This document shows positions 24,401 to 36,400 of a stretch of DNA of 64,000 nucleotides, in pieces. The notes beneath the pieces are model-generated. The model had not been told where the DNA came from, did not search any database, and saw only the letters and a program-made list of their open reading frames with translations. Position 1 is the first letter of the stretch, and the number at the start of each line of letters is the position of its first letter. A program made the position numbers and the translations under genes. The DNA comes from Raillietiella orientalis (Eukaryota), in NCBI GenBank assembly GCA_036172245.1, contig JAYWIR010000014.1, positions 806,001 to 870,000 on the forward strand, in the 5' to 3' direction.

Positions 24401-27400
24401 AGATGCAGTAAGAATACTTCATATCAGACATCAGTTTCCTTCTTGATTAACAGAGACCGCTGTAGGAATAAGCGTGAGTTGGAAATTGAAGTCGTCTGCC
24501 GTTTGTTTTCGTTTGCACGTAGCAACCCTCAAGGGGATAACGGCGGAGCGGTTGTGCAAAATTTTCGCAGGGGACAGCAGCATCGACAAGTGGCGCTAAT
24601 GCTTTTCATCATCAGCTTGCCCACGGGCGTTCTGCCTGTCACTCCAGGAACGCAAGTCGAGCTGAGAAGTGCTTATTTCGGTGCTTTGAAAGTCCAGGCC
24701 CATACCAAGTAAGAGGATCGGGAAACGACACATACGTCCTCTCTCATCTCTTTCGCGGCCTTCGAATTCTCGCAACATAATGGGAGATCTAATGAAGGTC
24801 GCCGAGCTTCCTTGCCCGACCTGCTCATCTGTAGTCTGTTTTCAAATGCAAGACAGAAAAAGAGGCAAGACTTCAGATGATAGCGTCCGAAATCGGAAGA
24901 AAGTGTGCTCAAGAGTATGTCAAAAGAGCGCTCAATAGGGGAATCGTACCGGCAGTCCAGGGAAATCGTTCCCGATGGCCCTGATTCCAAAAAGGTAGAC
25001 GTGCAGAATTCCCTACTGGTTGAAGTAGCTACTATCATCAAAGAGCGATAAGGAGCCATCAGAAGTCATCAGCCTCTCCGGTTCCGTTCACCGGGACGCC
25101 ATGCGGATCACGACTCAAAAAATTACCCAGGAAGAAGAGGCAAATCAGCTACTCCTACAACGCATGTACGCTGATTTTTGCCTTTCTTTGGCATTCACAA
25201 GGCTCCAGGAACGCTGGACTTTGTCTGGCTCCCTGTTGTGTGCGTCTGCCTGGGTGCTTTCGAAAGTGCATCGGAAAGCAGTTGCTCGTACCAGCGCACG
25301 TGCCCCCAGCACCCTTGAGTTGATTGCGTGGGTGCTGCCCGGCTTCCAGAAAAGTGCCGGAGACAAGATGGCAGCCGGGCAGCTAACTGTATTGTTGAGA
25401 AGCAGTTGGTCCCCATGTCCCCAGGGTCCCTCCTTCCCTGCATCTGATAGAACAGGGGCTGCACTCCGAGACCAGGCATCCCAAGTGAACGAAACCACAT
25501 CTTTTCCATGTTTTTTTTCTCGCAAGGTTAGGAAGGAAGGGAGTGGAACGGGAGGAGCAGAAAGCTGCCTCCGGTGCCGCAGCAGAAGAGAGGGGCGAGA
25601 GGGAGGACCCTTTCGGCTGTGTTTGAGCTCTAGCCCAGCTACTCAGGCACATCGACCGGAAGACTGCTGCCTGTTCCAGGATCAGAGGCTTCCCAGCTGG
25701 CTGGGAGACGCCTATCGGGTTATCCTCTGCCTCTTATGCAATTCCCACCGAGATTGGTGTCTTCCAGGACTTGGCATCTTTTGCTTACTCGCTCAGTGAA
25801 TTTCCCAGCATTCCCCAATACCAAATGCGGGTCTTGAAGGACTCGAGGATGCTTGGCCTGTAATTTTGAGCTGCTTTGTCCACATCATAGCAGAGATCCT
25901 CCCGCACCTCGTTTCCTGAACATTCTCTCCAGATGATGGGGTAAGCGGCATATCAAAAAGTTCAACCATTCGGAAGGCTGAATTCGGAAGCTCCATAGGA
26001 TGTATCTCCGAGGCTGCATCCGCTCCGGACTGGAGACCGACTTGCTCTTCCGCAAAGCCGTTCCTCCAATTTCCCGGAAACTTTCCTCCCAGCTTCGTTC
26101 ATGAATACCGAAGCATGCGGTCTTCTCGAGCGTTTACCCGCAGGGAGCTGGAGTAGCGAAATGGAGGGAGGGAAAGCGGTATCCGATACGATATGCGAGG
26201 AAAAGGGGTGCAGCGGACGCAACCCTTTCGAGTTTCTCTTTCGGACTGCCCGCTCCTTGCCCAATTCGCGACGCAGGTGACTTGAAAGCGGTTTCCGAGC
26301 ATCTTCCGTGCTTTGTTAATCTTTCTGGAAGTCCAAGGGCCGCAGAACGGACGACACAGCAGCAGCACATCACCAGGGTGCGCCCCCTCTTCTTCCTTCT
26401 TCCCTCGAGCTTCCCTTCCAGTGAGGAGGCAAGAACCTTACCGGGTCGCGGAAGGTAAGAGGGTGGGCCGTCGGTAGCACCGGCTCGCTCTTCGGAAATA
26501 TAGGAAGAGCATGCGCACCCTCAATTCCACGGGGACCCTCCAGTGTTGTAAGGGTGAGGAATAAGGGTCGGAGAAATCTAAGGACGAGGGCGAAAAACTC
26601 GACGTAGATTCTTAAATGGACCGGCACAGCTAGCAGCGCAGATCAGCACGACTCGCCAGCGTCAGTTGGACCTCAGCTCTTGGTCCAAGTCCGCGGGGAT
26701 CAAATCGGAACCGCACATAAAGATTCGCCTTACATCTGCATCTCTGAGGAAAGATGACCTCGTGCTCCAAGACCTGCCCTTGGGGACCGGAGGAGAGAGG
26801 GGAGCGCAACTCGGATAGCTGCAAAAGCAACTCAACTAGAAATCAGAGATGAAGGGGCAGTTCTTCTTCCGCAAGGAAGAAGGAAAGGGGGGAAGAGAAG
26901 AAGCTCGCCCAAAGATCTTGGAGCTCTCCGTGTTTCCTGTCAAGCACGAAGAGGTCCAGAGGTCCTCGCTGCGAGCAAAAGACCGCCTGGATGGAATTGG
27001 GAAGTTGCATTTCTTGAGCTGCTCGTGACGAGGTAATGGACTTTCCACGTTGCTCTGGTCCGTCACAGACCCTACTGATTTGGCTTCCCTCCGAGTCTGA
27101 GAGGCAGGAGAAAGACCAGCATTTGGTTCTCCAGAGTTGAGGGAAGGGAGTAACAGTGGGAGTCACCTGCCTTTCTCACTGGAGCACCAGACGAGGCGAC
27201 ATGCGCGAAGGAGTCAAAGAATAGAGGACGAGATCTTCCCTTGGCCGACGAAGGAGCACCAGCATTTGTCCGAGGGATCACCACCTGGTAACACAGGTTC
27301 TGGGAAGAACAGATCTTCAGCCCTCTTCTTCCCAGAACCCTATTTGATGGAGTGGAAAGCATCAGGAGGGAAACGGCATGCCCCGGAGAATCTACTTGCT

Positions 27401-30400
27401 GCTCAGCTAAAGAGATCCTCATGAGACCGTAGCCTCGATTGGTGAACGGGATAGGGAGACAGAAGGACTGAGAGGACAGAAGACTGAGAGGATGGATGTA
27501 CAGACACATCGTCTGTGAAACACAGGCACGAAGGGATCTTGGCCCTCGATTCCCCTCTCCTTTTCCTCTTCCTTTTCCTATCTCGCCTTCTTCCTCGCTC
27601 ATGCTTCCTAGGGCGCTCACAGACATTCCAAATGGCTTGTTGGACGTAGCCTTCCTGTTGAACGCAGTCCATCGTGCTCGATGAGTGGCACATGTGACCA
27701 CTTGAGCCAAGCGCTGCTCCAAGACTGCGAGAAAAAAGATGGCCTACTACGCGAAGGTTCTCTCTAGAGGGTCCAAAGAGTCTTGCTGAGAGTCGCACCA
27801 ATCTGCCTTCTCGGAAAGGACACAGCGATCAACAAGTTTGGTGAGGGGAGGTGTCTTTCGCGGAAGAACGGAATCTGCAGGCGACGCGTCCCCGCCGGAC
27901 CCGATGCCGCCTGCATCTGTGATGGCAATCTCGACTCCCGTCTTCTAAATAATTTTCTTTCGAGATAAAGAGTTCAGGAGGAAAGGAAAGAAAAAGATGA
28001 AGGCCATGGAAGACTGCGCTCTGTCAAGACACGCGCGGTAGGTTTCGCTCGCAAGACACGGACGGAGCCGTGGAAACTCGGCCCATGCCCGTCGGTTTCC
28101 GCACGCTACTGACGGACGACGGCCATGCGGCGGACGAGACGCAGCTCCTGTGACGCCGGTCCGCTGCTGACCAGCCCGGAGGACGATGCTCGATGCGAGC
28201 GCGGCCTGAAGCACTTCCTCACCGTCCTTCACACCCCCATCGACGACATCCAGTAGAGTGTTGGTGGGCAGCTTTCGGCATGCTGAGCACCGCGGTGGTC
28301 GGCTGCGGCGGGGCCGACTTCCAGCGGTGTCTGCCCAAAACACGCTCCCACGCCCTCGACTCCAAGAATAAGAGTTGCTGATTTTCAAAAAAAAAAAAAA
28401 ATCATCGTGGGGGTAACCCAACGACTCCAGTAGTCTCGCGTCTCGAGGGCAACGCGGCGAGACGGTAAACACGAAGTGCGCTCAGCCTTCTCGAAGAACA
28501 GGGTATCTCTGCTGCTGCTGGCCAAGCCCACAGGGGTCAGCTGAGGCAATGGCCACCGATGAGAAGGCGAGGCCGTCCCTTCAGCACACCAGGAGAACCG
28601 AACGGTGACGGCGGCTGCGCTCCTTGATGAGACGTGCGCCGCCGCTAACGCCACCGCCGCGAGCGGAGGAAAGCGCCGTGGGGGAAGAGGGGTCGGGAGG
28701 AGCGCCTGGAGTGGGGTGGGTTGCGGCTCCTCCCGCCCTCCGCCCTCCGTGCAGCTGCGCTCGCGGGGAGGCTGCGACTCCTCCTCCTCACCTTTCCCCT
28801 TGATCTCTATTTCTCCTCTCTCCTTGAGCTGGTATGCCACCGGCAGCAGATCGGCCGTTGACTGCGTGATCAGGATCTTCATGGGCTCGCTGTTCGATTC
28901 CATTCTGGAAGCTGCGGGGGAGTGGAAGAAGTGCAGGATGGCTGGAGGGGCAACTCTCACCGGTATTCACGGTGTCTCCGAAAAGGCAGTACCTGGGCAT
29001 CTTGAGCCCGACTATCCCCGCCACCACCGGACCGCTATGCATGCCAATCCTTATCCTGAGGTGGTCACCTGGAGAGAGAGCAGTTAACAGGCGCACACGC
29101 GCCCTGCTGGCGGCAGCTTCCCGAAGGGGAGGTCGCCGGCGTGCTCTCGGCGAGCAGACCGCCTACGGGCGAGTCGGCGATCAAGAGTCCCGTTGCCCAC
29201 CCTTGAGGCTCCAAGCGAATCGTGCCTCCCCGCTGGAATCGAAAGGAGAACCGCCGGTTCCTGGAAAGGGAACGGGGACGTGGGACTCCGAAAGCGTCGT
29301 CTGCACGGAAAAGCGCATCCAGAGAAGAATTTTCCTGGCTGCGGCCGCGCAACGATGGATGCGTAGGAAGTGGCTCCCCCCTCGGCACGAGTCTCACCAA
29401 GGGTCTCAGGATCGTCTGGCGCCAACCCTTCTCATGGTCCGAGAGGAAAAAAAGGAATTGCGAAACGTTGCCGGCAGCGATCAACTTGGACTTTCGGAAG
29501 GGCGTGAACTCCCCAGTCCCGGAGGTCCCCCTCAAACATCGGTCCAGGAGCAAGCCTTGCTATCCTGCCACAGCTGCGGCACTCATGTCTCTCCCTCTCC
29601 CATCCTCTTCTTCCAGAAGTACACACTGCCCTCCAAATCAGATCTCGAGGATGGACCTTGGAGCTTGGCGCGGTCCTACGGAAGCAAGGGGATGCCCAAT
29701 CCGCGGAGAGGAGGACGGAGAGGGGAAGGAGGGAAGTGAGCCGGTTCGCCAAGGAGGCGCCCGAAAAGTTCCCTTGGAACTGAGGGGCAGAGTCACCTGT
29801 CGATGGATCCACCAGGTCGAGAATGCCTTCCACCATGTCCATCGCCATGTCAGCGATCGGCTGGGCGTGGTCCGCCTTCTCCTCAGGTGCTCCAGACACG
29901 ATCATGTAGGCGTCTCCGATGGTCTCCACCTGCAAAAAAACCAGCAGTGGTCAGCAAGATGGTCGCCTGGGAGAGCAACGGGAAAGTAGGGCTCGTCTCT
30001 CTTTCGTGCCATTGACGTCACGACTCACGATATGAGACCTCCGCTTTTGGGATGGTTCTTTCCTCAAAAGAAAGGGTCGCAGGGATCTCGGAAGTGGCGT
30101 TCGGAACCTCCCTCGCATCCCGAAAAAGGTACCAGCTGGAGGACGCACACGACCTTCCCCAAATGCGGTCGCAAGCACCTGTGACCTCAGGATCCATGTC
30201 CAGGATTCTATCTTCCACGGAAGTCAAGGGAGGAGTTGGCGGAGAAGAGATATTCATCTCCGAAGATTGAGGGAGTGGATGCCTCTCCGGTCGGATGAGG
30301 GAAAAGGGAGAACGAGGTTTTGTCATCTTTGGAAAGCGAACAGTAGCCCGTTGAATGCAGGCGTCACCCAGGAGTATCTTTTGAAAACCTACGGTAGTGG

Positions 30401-33400
30401 CCGGAGGACATGGAACGCCGCGGGCAATGAAGAAGTCAGCCCCTTCACACAGTTCTCAGAGTGCAGCGAACAGACAGCCTGTGCGGTTACGAAGCGTCTG
30501 CTCCTTCCGTAAGGAAGGAGGGGAAAATCAGGAGAGAAGAAGACGCTAAATCTTTAGAGATCACGGGAAAAAGCAAAGAGGCAGATGCGGGGGTGGCCGC
30601 AGACCATAGAGAGAGGCCGTTATTGACCCGAGATGCCTCCCGATGGTGATGCCTGGAGAGCTCGCTTGGCTCAAAAGAAGACGGAAGCGTTGGTCCAGCG
30701 GGGAGTCTTCCTCTCAAGAGAGAAGGGGTAGGGCGAGCTCACTCCCGGGGAGAAATCAAGATCAGATCCAGAGGGAACTGAGCCGGTGAGTCGATAGACT
30801 TCTGAGAAGGCGGCGCCTTGGACAGAGTCGAAAGAGGAGAAGAAAGAGCGAGTGATCCTCCCATCCGCCTAGAGCGAGAGTGCGCCTCAGGAAAAGCAAG
30901 GAGTTTCCTTACAGACTGAAAAAAGGGGGGCTGCGGTCCACCTGAAGGTCCTTCCAGAGAAGGGCGAGGCAAATTCCTGAGTAAGACATCCCTAGGGAGT
31001 GGTTACTGGCTCCCTGGGAAACGCACGAGCTCGTGTCAGCAGAGCCTAACGCGGGCCCCGATGGCCTGGGGGTCAGGCCGAGGCTCCTCACTGTCCCTTA
31101 CTGATCATGCCAGGACGGAGCAAGGAAAAGAACCAGGAGGAGGAAAGGAAGCAAAAGGCACTGCAGTTCGCCTCCCGGATTTCTGATTCCGGTCCACCTA
31201 CTGTCACTCGTTCAGGGATCTCATTCCTCAACGAGTGATGGGGGAGGGTCTCTCCATCCCTCACGCGCCGAGTCTTGCATTCATGAAAGCTTCTCATTCT
31301 CTGGAGTCCTCCAAAAATTTTCGCTTTTCGACCCAGGAAATCTCCGTGTTTTCTCACTCCGGGACCATATTAGAGACTGGAAAGGATGCTTTGAATCCAG
31401 TGGACAATACAGAAGCAGGAAAACAAGCGGTGCCACTCGAAACATGGACTCCGTTTTCTATTCTGTGGTGCTCCTGGGACCCTAATGGAACGGCTGCTGC
31501 GTGTGCGCAGGTGGAGCACCGAGTTGCGCACGCGGGTAGGCAGCGGCAACTCGTGAAACCGTCAGGCGTCCTGTTCCCCTTCAGGGCAGACCTTCATGGC
31601 ACCTTCAGGTTGTCCAGAGAGACATCCGAGGGATGGTCTGTGGCCCCATTTGGAGAACGCTACGGGCACGTGGAGTCCTATTCGTCTTGTAGCCTTGAAG
31701 AAGCTCAAGGAGGAGACACAAGAACGAGCGGACTTTCGAATCCCACAGAAAGAATGAAAAACACGCACGCGCGTACGCAAAAAAAGACTGAAGGGGTGGC
31801 CACCCCTTCTCGGCCCTTTCTCCTGACCTCTATTCCACGAGTAGTTTCTCTCTCTTGAGACTCTGCAGACTGGAAGGTTCCAATCCCCCCGGCTTGGCTC
31901 CCCGGTCCGCGTCGGAGGCTTTGTGGTTAAGGCTTCCGCGCGTGGCACCATGCGTCGCGAGTTCGAATACTCCGGCAGAAACTGACGCCACTGCGTCGTT
32001 GGGTTCCGAGTTTCTTCTGCAATGGCTCTGTTTGGCCGAGATATTCGGACGAAGCACCGGTGGTGGTTTGAGCCGGAGGCCCATTAAGAAGGCCAGAACT
32101 CCAGAAGAGTGCAAGGAATCCCCCTGCGGGAAGCTGCAGAGCCTGAATTTCGGAAGCGTCCCTTCGGGTTCTTTTCAGAGGAGTAAACGGTAGAGGTTAC
32201 CTTGCGGGCTCCCTCTGGAGAAGAAAGTCCTACTAGCAGATCCTTTCCGGTTTCCCTTCGGAGAAGATGAAATGGAGAGGACCACCTCACTTCCGGGGTG
32301 CTGCTTCCAGAGAGAATGAGGAAAGAGATTCCCTTCGGAGACAATCCCCCCGGCTATCGGCGAAGGACGGTCGCGTCAGCCAGCAGGGAATTTTCCACGT
32401 TCGGATGTTACCCAGAAACGCCGTTCTCTTTCCCTCATACTTTCCTGCTAGAGAAAGGATTTCTTTCCCACTCGGCCCTCTGTGGGAAGTGGTCTCTCTC
32501 ATTCCTTTGGGCGTCTCGCCAGAAGGAGGGACTCCTGGTATCATCTCCTCCCACGCGTACGCAACGGCTCAACTTTAATAATAACAAAAAAAGCCAAGTG
32601 GACAGGAAAATGGAACCGTCTCAGCACCCAGCGTCAGAAGCAGAGGTCGTTCTAGGGACAGGATGAGTCTGGGAGAAGGCAGGCAACTGCAAGTTCCTCC
32701 TTGCTCGGACCTGGCGCCACTTCAGCCTAGCAGCTGCCAGTCCCAGCGAAACGTTAAGAGAACTTCTGGCGGGTGGTCACGTCCTAGAGTTTTCCTTAGT
32801 GGCAACGAGGGGATGGATAGTGGAGGCCAAGGGAAGAGGAAGGGGAAACTGCACAGAAGCGAAGGGAAGGACTGAATGCCTTGAGGACGAGCACTCTCAG
32901 CACCATCTGTCCTCCTAGAAAGAAGTGACGGAGCGTTTCTTCGTGTCTCTCCGAGACGAGCACTGCGTCAGTGGTGCTCGAGGGCGGCTCCGGGAGCGCA
33001 CCTGTGGGAGGCCATCTGTGGGTTCTCCTCCTTTCTGGGTCCCGTATGGAACGATCCCTCGTCTCACGAGGCAGCAACACACCGTAGTGTCCAGCTCCTC
33101 ACGCATCGATCGCAAAGTAGAGCACGGACTTCTTGATCCCGGAGAATATCAGAAACAAGGGAATCCCCAAAAAGGTGCACATGCACAGTCGGAGCTGCGA
33201 ACACGTTCGAGAGCAATGACGTCAGTTCGTTAGGTCACAGGAAGCCTTCGAGAGGAGCGGACAGGGAAGGGAGGGAGAGAATAATCGTCATGATTCTTCA
33301 TCTCCAAAAAATGGATATGTAGGAGAAGGCTCTATTTTAATCGAAAAAGAAAAGAATGAGTTTGGGGTTCCAGGGAATTCAGTGAGATGTAGGAGCGGCA

Positions 33401-36400
33401 CACGGGTGGGAGACGTTGCGTGCCAGCGTAGGAAGAGCATCGAAGGTTTCTACTAGCAACGAGGACGATTTTCACTTGTGCTTCTGTTCCGAAAGAGGAG
33501 ACGGGTGGGCGGGTATGGATGGGAACAGGACCTTGCTCGTATTTTTCCTGACTTCAGGAGATGGATCTCTCCTATTAAATAGTCTACCAGTGCTACTAGT
33601 GCTACCTACTACCTACTACCAGTGCCATCTACCACTAAGGTCTCTAAGCCAGGATGCCTATCGCCTCCTACCGTCTACGAGAGACTTTTTCGCTTCCATG
33701 CAGTGAGTCCTCCTTTGTTCATTGGAGCTTCAGAAATTCCCATTGTTGAGAGGGTCTCCTGGAGTCCTCCTTAGGCAACCAGAGTATTGGATGACGGCTG
33801 TTTTCTGCGACGCTTATCGAACTATTCTCTGCAAGCGTGACTCGCGACCCCCTCTTCTCTGAGCTCTGCCTGGAGGGTGAAGTTTTTCTTTGTCTCCCCA
33901 CTTTTCCATAGGAGACCCTCCCCACAGAAAGTAAAGCTCCGATCGTCCCTCAATACGTCGGAAAAGAATGCCCCAACACTCGGAGGCCATCTTTAGCTCC
34001 CTATTTCCAATGATGGTCCCTTTCAGATGCCCTCAGTGAGATCGTAGGGGCACCAAGGACTTTTGATAATTCGGCTGTCCCTCGCCTCGCACTCCTGCTC
34101 CTTGTCCAGGGCTTTCGTCTCGACGTTTCTGAAACAGCTTCTGGGAAATCGACTCCTCTTCCTCTTCACCGGGAATTCCGCGCAACAAATCGACCAACTC
34201 CATTGTGAGTCTGAGTAGGGAAGCGTGCTGTCATGTCTATTCCCATAGAAGTCAGTCTAGTCTTCGTCTAGGGATCCATTTAGACTACACATACATCCTT
34301 TTCTCGAGGCTGACTTTCAGGAAGTGGCGTAAGGCAAGAAAGACCGAGTGGCCCGCTTCCCCAACTCTCCTTCTTTTTCTCTCCTCAACCCTACTTCAAA
34401 TCTTCCTGCGAGTGGGTGCGCTCATCCTTATCGTTCCCACTCCATCACACAGGTGGTCTCACCTTGTAGACCCCGTGCGTCTCGGTAAGTCGGTCGAAGA
34501 TGGAATACATGGAGTTGAGCATGGAGACCACCTCCAGGGGAGTGATCCGGCTGGCTATCTGCGTGAAGGAGACGATGTCCGAGAAGAGGATTGTCACAGA
34601 GAAGAATTCCTGGAGAGCAGAAGGAAAAAGAAGGTGTCATTCAAGTCCGCCTGCCCAGCCTCGTCCTCCTCCAACCGTTGACCGCGGAGAAGGAGCTCGC
34701 GAAACATAGGTCCAAGTTACCTGGCACGTGTCCACGGGGTTTTCCCCAGCCCGGAGGCGATCAGCCACCTGCTTGGGAATCATCTGGTACAGGAGCTCGT
34801 CCGTCCTCTTCATCTCCTCATCCAGCTTCCGCATAGACTCTTCCAGGCGTTTGGACTTCAGCTGCTCCTGATCCAAGGCCAGCTTAAGCTCGACAGATTG
34901 CTGGGTCCCTGCTAGCATGAGGTCCCTGGAATCGGTGGCGCAGTTTATCGCCGTAAGGCAACTCGATGGAGGGTGAGTAGCTTTCTCAGAGAGATGGGAA
35001 AAGGAAAGGACAAGAGAGGGGATAGAGAGTGCACCAAGAATGAATTCCGGTGGCTCCGAATGGCAAGCGATGTGCCCCCAGCTTCATCTAACCCTCCCGA
35101 CCGCCACATGAATATAGGGTGGCAAAAGAGAAAGGAAGAAAGAATGGGGCTTAAGGGTGGCCTGGTGGAAGCCGCCTCGAAGCTTTGCGCTTTCGCCAAT
35201 GCCTCCCGTCAGGAGTACCGGTCAGGTTTGGATGGTAGTGCTCTGAGGTCTCCCAGTCGAGAAGTCCATGGCTTCCTACTGCCTCTGCCTGACTTGCATC
35301 GCTTGCCAGCCCGTACACGCTTATACGAGGTCTGATTCCGCTCTTGCTGTTGTACAAAACGAGACATCCATGCACATTTGAGGAAGAGTCCTTCTGACCG
35401 GACGCAACATTCATCTCCCGCGGGGGCTGCTGTTCGGCGTTCCCCTTGAGAATTCTCCACTCGTTAGAATAGGTACTCGTTCTGCAGTCTAGAAAAGGAG
35501 CCCCGGGCCATATTGGATATCCGGTTTGAAGGGAAGATCTGTGTTTAATTCTCTCCGAAGAGCGTGAGCGGCTGAGCCTTTATGGACCACAGATGGGACT
35601 AAAGGGTGAGGATAGGGGTGTGCAAAGGGTGAGGAAGTTGCCGGAGCGAGAGCCATCCAGGGACGATGCAAACTCTTAGTCTCGTCGATGCGCGAATGTC
35701 CCCGAAAGAATTCATCGGGGACTTCATCTCTGTCGAGATTCCTTCTTGGAGGCGTCCAGCATTCGTGTCCACGGGATCGAACGCCTGGTCCTCACCTTTC
35801 GGAATGGGTTTTTTGAAGGAGGGGGGCGTCTCACTTGGTACCCTTTCTTGCAGTTTCTCAGTATGCCGATTGTTATCATGTCTCTTTGCAAAACAATCTG
35901 ATGGACTGTCTCTTCCAGGAGTAGCAGGAGAAAACCCACATTCTTCGTTGTCTCCCAGTGATGTCCTCCAAAGGCGTCGCCTCCGGGGACTGCGGAAACA
36001 TCTCTTGGGTCTCCGTCTGCAAATAGCCGGGAGGAAAAGCAGCCTTCTTGTTTCTGTTGTTGCTGCAGCGGCTGCGGCAGCTGGAACGAGCACAGCGCGT
36101 GCGCTCTGTCTCCTCCCGGTTCCGCAGTTTCGCGGTGGACGACTGAAAGCAAAAAGACCGCGGTGGCGAGACGGTGGTTGGTGGGGAATCCGCGTGCCAA
36201 CACGTACAGAGCTCGAGGGACAGAGAAGGACACCGGACCGTCACCAAAAAACTCTTCTTTGTGGAGGTTCTGGAGGAACGAATGGGTTTCATCGCCCTCT
36301 GGTTTCGTAGAGCACCCCCTGGGAACAGCACCTCCGCGGTCAGGTTCCTCCACGAAAGAGACTTTTTTCGAGTCTTTTCCGCCTCCCCACAATGCTTCGC

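Noticed and set aside
31909..31975. Functional tRNA gene
   Set aside because: No convincing acceptor stem or terminator; better explained as a SINE head.
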